Virus record (IMG/VR): IMGVR_UViG_3300005077_000092
Span: 1 to 26,535 of that record
From: a virus
Lineage: Duplodnaviria; Caudoviricetes
Direction: 5' to 3' (one strand)
DNA: 26,535 bases
The first letter of the stretch is position 1. Each line of letters opens with the position of its first letter. The notes beneath the pieces are model-generated. The model made no database searches. It was not told where the DNA came from and saw nothing but the letters and a program-made list of their open reading frames with translations. Position numbers and translations under genes: made by a program. Below, in pieces: positions 1 to 6,725 of this stretch.

Positions 1-113
1 TTGCCGTTGATGGTCAGGGGGTTGGCAGTGTAGCGGCTGGTGACCTCAATCTCGATCGTCATGGCACCGTGGGTGGGGTGGGTGATTTGGAGTGATATAA
101 TATTGTCGGCCAT
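1..113 (-). CDS. 5' part of a GC-rich hypothetical gene (MADNIISLQITHPTHGAMTIEIEVTSRYTANPLTING...), runs off the window
   Basis: ATG at 113-111 preceded by GAAGGAG on the minus strand; open to the window edge; much higher GC than the rest of the window. Confidence 0.6.
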   Translation of the reverse strand, partial: MADNIISLQITHPTHGAMTIEIEVTSRYTANPLTING

Positions 114-196
114 GATCCTTGCTCCTTCGCTGTGTGTGGGTTGTGGCCTCGGGGCGGTTGGCGGTGGCTCGCTGACCGCCCCTTGATTATGATTAG

Positions 197-251
197 ATAC
201 TACATTATGCAGTACGGGCTGTCAACAATTAATTGCGACATAATGTAGTAT
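197..251 (-). promoter_or_regulatory. sigma70-type promoter overlapped by a 13-bp inverted repeat (putative operator)
   Basis: Minus strand TTGACA (225-220)-N17-TAGTAT; ATACTACATTATG (197-209) and CATAATGTAGTAT (239-251) are exact reverse complements. Confidence 0.55.
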
Positions 252-375
252 TTCTGGGGGAGGGCCATCATTATTTAATTGATATAAGCTACCACCTGCT
301 TATATCGTTGAGCACCGAATCACCGTGCTCCTCAACCAGGCAAGGGAATGTATTCCCTTATTATTCTTTATAAGT

Positions 376-443
376 TTGAGATATAACTTGAAATCGAACC
401 TAGATCTCTCCAGACTTAGGAGAGTGTTACAATTATATCTCAA
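376..443 (-). ncRNA. tRNA-like mini-RNA or degenerate tRNA without D arm or CCA
   Basis: 11-bp closing stem TTGAGATATAA/TTATATCTCAA, CTCTCC-7nt-GGAGAG hairpin, GGTTCGATT T-loop. Confidence 0.4.
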
Positions 444-521
444 TCCTAGTAAGAATATAACTTCAATTATAAAACGTCTTTTATAATTATCTATATAAAT
501 TGCGCCGTCTATATAGAATTA

Positions 522-626
522 CTAAGTTTTATTATCTAAATAAACCATTTTATTACAACATTTACACTCATATTTATAAAGGTCGATTTGAATCAATTTT
601 TGTTTACATTTTGCACAAATAAACAT
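522..626 (-). CDS. 34-aa Zn-ribbon micro-protein (MFICAKCKQKLIQIDLYKYECKCCNKMVYLDNKT)
   Basis: AGGAGA RBS upstream; CxxC...CxxC; too short for the ORF track. Confidence 0.6.
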   Translation of the reverse strand: MFICAKCKQKLIQIDLYKYECKCCNKMVYLDNKT

Positions 627-651
627 TTCAAATTCTCCTTTTTTTAAATAA

Positions 652-837
652 TTAACACCATTCAATTTGTTCTCTAATATTAAAAGTATTATTATCTAAA
701 TCTTTTTGAATTTGTGCTTCTATACCTTCATTATTAAAATGTCGAGAAATAATCTTTATAATTCTATATGTATTATCAATAATGCACTCTACTTCTTCTC
801 CATTATTCCAATAATAATATAAAATTCCTTGACCCAT
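652..837 (-). CDS. hypothetical early protein
   Basis: AAGGA RBS; directly downstream of promoter 861-888. Confidence 0.65.
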   Translation of the reverse strand: MGQGILYYYWNNGEEVECIIDNTYRIIKIISRHFNNEGIEAQIQKDLDNNTFNIREQIEWC

Positions 838-860
838 TTTTTTAATTCCTTTATAATATA

Positions 861-888
861 ATTATATCATAAATTTTCTATTTGTAAA
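861..888 (-). promoter_or_regulatory. early sigma70-type promoter
   Basis: TTTACA-N16-TATAAT with extended -10 TG and an upstream A/T tract. Confidence 0.8.
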
Positions 889-910
889 TAGTAAAAAAAA
901 TATTTTTTAT

Positions 911-986
911 TGGCAGCTAGGACAGGATTCGAACCTGCATAAATCTCCTTAACAGGGAGGCGCCTTGCCAAATCGGCCACCTAGCT
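911..986 (-). tRNA. tRNA-Asn(GTT)
   Basis: AGCTAGG/CCTAGCT acceptor, loop CTGTTAA, T arm GCAGG-TTCGAAT-CCTGT, encoded CCA. Confidence 0.92.
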
Positions 987-1000
987 ATATTTAATATTTT

Positions 1001-1064
1001 AAATAGAGTAAGGAATCGAACCTACCAAGAGAATATATTCTCCATGCTCCAGCATCCTCTATTT
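1001..1064 (-). ncRNA. tRNA-like mini-RNA with no anticodon loop
   Basis: AAATAGAG/CTCTATTT closing stem, ATGCT-GG-AGCAT and GAGAA-TATA-TTCTC hairpins, GTAGGTTCGATTCCTTAC T arm, no CCA. Confidence 0.5.
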
Positions 1065-1073
1065 ATTAATTTA

Positions 1074-1101
1074 ATTATATCATAAATTTTATATTTGTAA
1101 A
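1074..1101 (-). promoter_or_regulatory. early sigma70-type promoter
   Basis: GTTTACA-N16-TATAAT with extended -10; near copy of 861-888. Confidence 0.8.
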
Positions 1102-1123
1102 CAGTAAAAAAAAATTATTTTTT

Positions 1124-1210
1124 TGGTAGGGTGTACAGGAATCGAACCTATGAGGAAGCTAGCTTCTCCTGATTAAAAGTCAGGTACTATCGCCACTAAG
1201 TGAACACCCC
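1124..1210 (-). tRNA. tRNA-Lys(TTT) with a long variable arm
   Basis: GGGGTGT/ACACCCT acceptor, CCTGA-CTTTTAA-TCAGG, extra arm GAAGC-TA-GCTTC, TTCGATT loop, CCA. Confidence 0.85.
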
Positions 1211-1501
1211 AAATTAATTATTCTTCTAACACTTGTATGACTTATATCAAATTTTTGTGCTACTTAGTTAACCCATCCGAAGGATTTATCAATCGTTTTT
1301 ACATATTCTTAAACAAATTTTTTAAATGATAAATTATAACATTTTATATCATTTACTCTATTTCGGTTAATTTCTTTTATAGTTTTTTCTTTATATTGTT
1401 TAATTTCATCAATTGTTAATTTTTTATTTGATATTAAATTTTTTATTTGATTTATTATTTTATTTTTATTATAATAATTTAATTTTTGCCAATCAGCCCA
1501 T

Positions 1502-2113
1502 CTAATTCTTATTATTTTTCCATCCTAAATTTTCGAGATATTTATTTCTTCTTTTATCAGATTCAATTATTTTTTTATCATTATAATGTTGTTCGCCATC
1601 AATTTCAATATCAATTTTATTAATTGGATCAACAAAATCTAATTCATATCTTTTAATTCTATAGTATTGAATTAAATATATATTTTCTTTTTCAAACAAT
1701 TCTTTAAAATATTTTTCAGGATATGATTCTCCTTTTGAATTATGATTTGATAAATATGGAACTTTATCAGGGTTTTCATTCAAAAAATTTTTCATTTGAT
1801 TTGAAATATTTTTTTTATGCTCTTTTGATAATTTTTTTCCCTCGCACCAAATTTTTAATTCACCAGATTTAAATTTTTCTTTACATGTATTACTAGTTTT
1901 CTTTAAACGTTCATCAGTTTCTTTTGTTAAACCTTTATTCCAACCTTTTCTTGTTCCATTTTTATAGCCAATACCAGGATTAAATTTTTGACCGTTTTCA
2001 GTATGATTTCTCCAATAATGCCCACATATACCACCTTTTGAATATTCTTTACCACATTTGGGACATTTATATTTACCAGTTTCGTTATTTAACCATTCTT
2101 CTTGTACTTTCAT
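1502..2113 (-). CDS. DUF559/Vsr-like (PD-(D/E)xK) free-standing homing endonuclease with N-terminal C2H2 finger and NUMOD-like repeats; C-terminus frameshifted
   Basis: CPKC..H...H; GWNKGLTKETDER; SYPE...YELDF.....IDIEIDGEQH....D..R..YL..LGW motif; sits inside a tRNA cluster. Confidence 0.8.
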   Translation of the reverse strand: MKVQEEWLNNETGKYKCPKCGKEYSKGGICGHYWRNHTENGQKFNPGIGYKNGTRKGWNKGLTKETDERLKKTSNTCKEKFKSGELKIWCEGKKLSKEHKKNISNQMKNFLNENPDKVPYLSNHNSKGESYPEKYFKELFEKENIYLIQYYRIKRYELDFVDPINKIDIEIDGEQHYNDKKIIESDKRRNKYLENLGWKNNKN

Positions 2114-2177
2114 AGATATATAATCTTCTCTTTAGTATTATATATCTATTTATAAAATTCGAACTACTATAAATATT

Positions 2178-2211
2178 AAAGCCGAATATTTTTCCGTTAA
2201 ATTACGAGCCC
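2178..2211 (-). pseudogene. 5' half of a tRNA, broken in the anticodon loop
   Basis: GGGCTCG-TA-ATTT-AACGGAA-AAAT-A-TTCGG-CTTT resembles the 5' half of tRNA-Ala at 23541; no matching 3' half. Confidence 0.55.
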
Positions 2212-2221
2212 AAATTGTTTT

Positions 2222-2300
2222 TGGTAGCCGAGGTGGGAGTCGAACCCACATATTACAGAGATTTTAAGTCTCCAGCATATACCAATTCTGCTACTCGGCC
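2222..2300 (-). tRNA. tRNA-Leu(TAA) with a short variable region
   Basis: GGCCGAG/CTCGGCT acceptor, GGAGA-CTTAAAA-TCTCT, GTGGG-TTCGACT-CCCAC, A discriminator, CCA. Confidence 0.88.
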
Positions 2301-2468
2301 ATAAAATCTACATTTTTATTAACATAATCAATAAATTCATCTGACATTTGTTCAAACATTTTGTCAATTGGTTTTAAATATTCTAGATCTACCTTATTGA
2401 TAAAATTATCAATAAAATACTCAATGAATTCATTAGTCAAATATTTATCAGATATATTAATCCCTTTT

Positions 2469-2544
2469 TGGTGACTCGACGAAGAGTTGAACTCCGATTT
2501 ATAGGTTGAAGGCCTATGGTTCTATTCGGTTAAACTACCGAGTC
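2469..2544 (-). tRNA. tRNA-Glu(TTC) with atypical C33
   Basis: GACTCGG/TCGAGTC acceptor, ATAGG-CCTTCAA-CCTAT, 4-nt variable loop, TTCAACT T loop, CCA. Confidence 0.75.
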
Positions 2545-2573
2545 AAAAATTATTTAATTTCCTTTATATATAT

Positions 2574-2601
2574 ATTATATCATAAATTTTTCATTTGTAA
2601 A
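2574..2601 (-). promoter_or_regulatory. early sigma70-type promoter for the tRNA cluster
   Basis: GTTTACA-N16-TATAAT with extended -10. Confidence 0.8.
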
Positions 2602-2666
2602 CAATAAAAAAATATTTTTTTGTTATTGCTAAAGATAACCAATTTAATCTAAAGTGTTTAAATATC

Positions 2667-3488
2667 TTATTTTAGTTCGTAGAAATCTTCAGCAAGTCTA
2701 TTTAGGATATTAGTTTTATGAGAGAAAATTCCTGCTTGGCCTTTTCGTCCTCCGGCAGCGTGAGTAACGGCCCACGTAATTGTATTAAAAGCTAACCATT
2801 TTGTAGCATTTTTAAAATTTTCCCTTTGTTTAGTTTCATACCAATATACGAGAAGAGCTTCTTTAAGACGATCTTTAACATACTCTTTATCATCAAGAAA
2901 AGCCTTAAATGATTCAAAATCAAAAGAATCATTTACCCATTTCTTCCAAATATCAGCATTAATAACAAATGATTTAAATCTAGTTTCAATTGAATTTGCA
3001 AGCATTTCAGGAGAACTAATTATATGTTTAAAAGATTCTCGAAAAAGTCTACGTTTACCCATAATCATTCCATTAGAGCAAATCCATCGGAAACCCATAA
3101 TTTCATACCCAAAAGAAGTTTTTCCATTATAAGAGTTCCAAATCTCAATCATAACTCCAAGTTTATCTCCAGGAGTAATTTCAAGAGAAAATTTATCAGA
3201 ATCTAGAATCATACGACGTTTCCAAATAGTAGTATTTAGATTTAGATAATCTTTAGTTGTAACATCATCAGGGTTAAGAATATTAATTGCATCATCAAAT
3301 AGATTAGCAATTTCGTTATTATGAACCAATTCATATCGAGGAGTAACAATTCCAATAATTTTCTGAGTATCCTCATTAATCATTGTTTCAAAATTTTCAG
3401 AATGAATACCTCTAGCCTCAACCTTTGCTCTACCAACATTAAAAAACGGATTCATAATAATTTTTCCTTTGTTAAAATTATTTTCCAT
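2667..3488 (-). CDS. DUF932-family phage protein
   Basis: IGIV..RYELVHN, I.NSYNG.TS, FR.ICSNGMI, KH, and T.W.AFN..T motifs. Confidence 0.8.
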   Translation of the reverse strand: MENNFNKGKIIMNPFFNVGRAKVEARGIHSENFETMINEDTQKIIGIVTPRYELVHNNEIANLFDDAINILNPDDVTTKDYLNLNTTIWKRRMILDSDKFSLEITPGDKLGVMIEIWNSYNGKTSFGYEIMGFRWICSNGMIMGKRRLFRESFKHIISSPEMLANSIETRFKSFVINADIWKKWVNDSFDFESFKAFLDDKEYVKDRLKEALLVYWYETKQRENFKNATKWLAFNTITWAVTHAAGGRKGQAGIFSHKTNILNRLAEDFYELK

Positions 3489-3497
3489 TATGAATAT

Positions 3498-3525
3498 ATT
3501 ATATCATAAAAATTAAATTTGTAAA
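3498..3525 (-). promoter_or_regulatory. early sigma70-type promoter
   Basis: TTTACA-N16-TATAAT; predicted start lies only a few nt before ATG 3488 (possibly near-leaderless). Confidence 0.75.
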
Positions 3526-3681
3526 AATTTTTTTAAATTTCTTTTCAATGATAAAATCTTATAATATAAAGAACCCCAAAAATAAATATTATATGAAATT
3601 CACATTTCATTAAGATCTTTAACATTTACTACTAAAATATTATTAAGTCCTCCTAATAAACAATATAATATAAATTATATA

Positions 3682-4347
3682 TTATAACTCAATTAAATCT
3701 TTTAATTTCATCCACCAATAACTTTTACTATTCTCATTTAAACATATCCATTTACATTGATTATATATCCCTTTTTTAAATGTATGCCAATGGCCAAATG
3801 CCCAATATTTAGGGTTATATTTTTTAAATATAATAGATAATGCTCTACGAGTAGGATCATTTTCTTTACTAAAATATTCTCCTATATCAAACTCTAATGG
3901 GCATGTATGAGATATTACTATATCAATATTAATATCTGGTAAATTATCTAAAGCATCATATCCTGGAATTTCTTGTTTCCACCAAGATACTCCTAAAATT
4001 CTATTATCTTTATCAATAGATTCTGCTCCTCCAAAAAATAGAACATTCATTTTATTAGGTAAAGTGATATATGAACATCTAGGCATATAATATAAATTAG
4101 GAAACATTTCTCTATTTTTAAGTAGAGAATAGTTCCATTCATCTAACATATCCCAATTTTCATGATTTCCAGCACACCAATATAATTTAGTCATAACTGG
4201 AAGTTTAGGACTAAAATCATACATATGGGGCCAATATCCAAAATCTCCACATTGTAATACAATATCAGGAAATTTAGTAAATAGAAGATTATTTAAATTT
4301 TTCCAATTTCCATGAATATCTCCTAATATATAAATATTATCAGTCAT
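3682..4347 (-). CDS. calcineurin-like metallophosphoesterase
   Basis: GDIHG, GDFG, GNHE, SHTCP, FGHWH motifs; start moved to MTDNIY, overlapping the upstream stop. Confidence 0.9.
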   Translation of the reverse strand: MTDNIYILGDIHGNWKNLNNLLFTKFPDIVLQCGDFGYWPHMYDFSPKLPVMTKLYWCAGNHENWDMLDEWNYSLLKNREMFPNLYYMPRCSYITLPNKMNVLFFGGAESIDKDNRILGVSWWKQEIPGYDALDNLPDINIDIVISHTCPLEFDIGEYFSKENDPTRRALSIIFKKYNPKYWAFGHWHTFKKGIYNQCKWICLNENSKSYWWMKLKDLIEL

Positions 4348-4639
4348 CAAAACCTTTCCATTCAACACATTCATCATTAATAATTTCTGGATATTTTTCA
4401 ATATCAGAAAACATCATATTAATCGATATAATAAGTTCTTCTAGAGATTCAAAACATCCAATAATAGGCTCTTTTGTACGTGCAATAAATTCATCATTTT
4501 TATCATAATAAACTTCATGAATTCCATAAGTATATTCAACAATATTTCCTTGTTTTATATTTTCCTGAAAAATAGGATCTTTCATCATATGTTCAGGAAA
4601 TTTATGTTTAATTTTTACTATTCTATAATTCCAGCTCAT
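4340..4639 (-). CDS. conserved phage hypothetical protein (WNYR...YGIHEVYYD type)
   Basis: AGGAGA RBS; WNYRIV and IHEVYYD motifs seen in many phage small proteins. Confidence 0.75.
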   Translation of the reverse strand: MSWNYRIVKIKHKFPEHMMKDPIFQENIKQGNIVEYTYGIHEVYYDKNDEFIARTKEPIIGCFESLEELIISINMMFSDIEKYPEIINDECVEWKGFDD

Positions 4640-4652
4640 AATTCATTCTCCT

Positions 4653-4709
4653 TTAATCAATACAATATTCGCATTTTTCATTTAACATTTTTCATTTAAC
4701 ATTTTTCAT
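4653..4709 (-). pseudogene. 11-codon stub of a Trp-repeat-family gene (MLNEKCEYCID*) preceded by a 14-bp tandem duplication
   Basis: ATG 4688 to TAA 4653 matches the N-terminus MLNEKCEFC of the gene at 25797; CATTTTTCATTTAA repeated about 2.7 times at 4672-4709. Confidence 0.65.
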
Positions 4710-4715
4710 ATTTCC

Positions 4716-5207
4716 TTAAATTATTTCAAATTTCCAGACACGTGCTTTGTCTTCTTGACCCTCTTTTACCCAAGTTCCCCATGCACTCAATGGAACACGT
4801 ACTTTAATTTCACCTTCAGACCAAATACCAAAGCCAAATGAATTATCAATATTTGGATTACAATTACAATGCCAATCTTCATACATTATACCTGGGAAAT
4901 ATGGGCCACCATTAAATAGTCCTCGACCATATCTATCATGATTTCGATAAGCATATAAATATTCATCATCAATCTCTAAATTATACATTTTTGCGTATTC
5001 TTGAACACTACTCCAATTCACTTTCCTTTCTTGAATATAATCTAAATATAACTTATCACTAAATTTTTCAATAAAAGCTTCTGATAAGTTTTGGTATGCT
5101 GAAATCCAATCCCAATCAACTTTATTTTTATTTTGTTCATAACAAGAAATAATGTCATTCCAATTATCATGAACTTTATCACAAAGGTCGCATTTTTTAT
5201 TTAACAT
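4716..5207 (-). CDS. Trp-repeat family protein, paralog with 1 repeat
   Basis: N-terminal CxxCxxxH, one VDWDWISAYQNLSEAFIEKFSDK unit, C-terminal domain closely similar to the gene at 25797; GAGG RBS 7 nt before the ATG. Confidence 0.85.
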   Translation of the reverse strand: MLNKKCDLCDKVHDNWNDIISCYEQNKNKVDWDWISAYQNLSEAFIEKFSDKLYLDYIQERKVNWSSVQEYAKMYNLEIDDEYLYAYRNHDRYGRGLFNGGPYFPGIMYEDWHCNCNPNIDNSFGFGIWSEGEIKVRVPLSAWGTWVKEGQEDKARVWKFEII

Positions 5208-5445
5208 TTTCAAACCTCTTTCATTTCAAATTTTAAATTTTATAATTTCAAGACATTTTATATTTCATATTTAATATACTGTATTTTCTTTTCTAGTTAG
5301 GTAGGAGGATCAATTTACAATCTTCATCACAATCGTATACTCCTGAAATTTAGGGCAATTTAAATCCCAAGTTTTAAATGCAACCAGCATTCTGCCAAAT
5401 AATAAGGGTCATCCTCACTCATTGTTATTTTTCAATTATAGATAT

Positions 5446-5473
5446 ATTATAACATGGAATTTTAATTTGTAAA
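5446..5473 (-). promoter_or_regulatory. early sigma70-type promoter
   Basis: TTTACA-N16-TATAAT with extended -10 TG. Confidence 0.75.
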
Positions 5474-5542
5474 TAGTTTTTTCTAGTAATATAAATTTTT
5501 ATATATTTATTATATATTATATCATAAAGGAGGAAATTTATT

Positions 5543-5821
5543 ATGGTAATGAGTGAACTAATTAAATATATTTCATCTGAGACGGGGTTTAAACAACAAG
5601 ATATTAAAGAGGTATTTGATAGTATGGTATCTGGAATTATACATGGTATGAAAAAAGATAATATAATGAAACTTCCTGGTTTAGGAACATTTTATCTTCA
5701 TAAGAAAAAAGCTAGGAATGTTAGAAATCCAAAGACCGGAGAAATTATTTTTATTGATGAAAGGGTGTTACCTAAATTTAAAGCGTCACCAAAATTAAAA
5801 CAACAAATTTCGGAGGATTAA
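5543..5821 (+). CDS. HU/IHF-family DNA-binding protein
   Basis: LPGLGTF....KAR.VRNPKTGE.I.I.....PKFKAS..LK signature; AGGAGG RBS. Confidence 0.95.
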   Translation: MVMSELIKYISSETGFKQQDIKEVFDSMVSGIIHGMKKDNIMKLPGLGTFYLHKKKARNVRNPKTGEIIFIDERVLPKFKASPKLKQQISED

Positions 5822-5822
5822 A

Positions 5823-6725
5823 TTGCCTATTAATGTAGAAAGTAGATTACCATTTAAGTATGCTCCAACTAAGTTTGAAGATGTTATATTAAATCAAAAA
5901 ATTAAGAAAAGTTTAAAAAAGACATTTCAAGAAATTCCTACTATGTTTTTAGTTGGACCTAGAGGTATTGGTAAAGGTTCATTTGTAGATGTATTTTTAA
6001 GAGAAACAAAATTAGATTATATTTGGATAAATGGTAGTGATGAAAAAGGTATAGATATTGTAAGGAATAAACTTTGGAATTTTGCTACTGCATTAGGAAA
6101 TACAGAATTAAAAGTAGTTGTTATTAATGAAATAGATAGGTTTTTACCAGATTCTCAAAAAGCCCTTCTAGATAAAATTGAAAAAGTAGAAAAAATTACT
6201 AGATTTATATTTATAGGAAATAATAACTCTTTAATTCCTGAATTATTATCTAGATGTCAAGTATTTGAATTTTCTGAACCTCCAGCAGATGAAATATTTA
6301 AACGATGTTGTTTAATTTTAGACAATGAAAAAGTAAAATATAATAAGAAAACATTAGTAGAAATAATTAAAAAGAAATATCCAGATATTAGACAAACTTT
6401 GCATACAATAGATCAGAATATTATTAATAAAACATTATCAGATGATTTTATTATATATGATCAAACATTAACATATTCTAAAATTTTAGATTGGATTGTT
6501 GAATATTCTGAAGAAAATATTGAAAATATTAGAAAAACGTTGAAAAGTAAATCTATTGATTATGAGGAATTATATTCTTATTTATTTGAGAATATTGAAA
6601 AATTTAATAATATTCCTAGAGCAATAATAGCATTAGGAGATGCAGTAAGATATAATAATTTGGTTGGATTGAAAGAAATTAATTTTATGAGATTTATTAT
6701 GGAAGTTATTATAAATGGGAAATGA
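5823..6725 (+). CDS. gp44: sliding clamp loader large subunit (T4 gp44-like AAA+)
   Basis: KYAP..FED, Walker A GPRGIGK, INGSDE.GID.VR, SRC motif, PDIR; TTG start. Confidence 0.92.
   Translation: MPINVESRLPFKYAPTKFEDVILNQKIKKSLKKTFQEIPTMFLVGPRGIGKGSFVDVFLRETKLDYIWINGSDEKGIDIVRNKLWNFATALGNTELKVVVINEIDRFLPDSQKALLDKIEKVEKITRFIFIGNNNSLIPELLSRCQVFEFSEPPADEIFKRCCLILDNEKVKYNKKTLVEIIKKKYPDIRQTLHTIDQNIINKTLSDDFIIYDQTLTYSKILDWIVEYSEENIENIRKTLKSKSIDYEELYSYLFENIEKFNNIPRAIIALGDAVRYNNLVGLKEINFMRFIMEVIINGK

Noticed and set aside
1355-1372. TTAACCGAA as the 3' half of the broken tRNA (intron-split tRNA-Lys)
   Set aside because: It would pair with TTCGG, but no T arm or acceptor strand follows and no group I intron core is visible.
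2469-2544. Reading the anticodon as TCA (opal suppressor, recoding)
   Set aside because: The stem ATAGG/CCTAT centres TTC; the shifted register does not pair. Core genes are intact in the standard code and TGA serves as a stop.
3024-4699. Plus-strand ORFs 3024-3206, 3321-3509 and 4517-4699
   Set aside because: Antisense shadows of well-supported minus-strand genes; no RBS or motifs.
5224-5421. Short minus-strand frames (MSEDDPYYLAECWLHLKLGI*) after promoter 5446
   Set aside because: Possibly a decayed gene, but too short and featureless to support a call.
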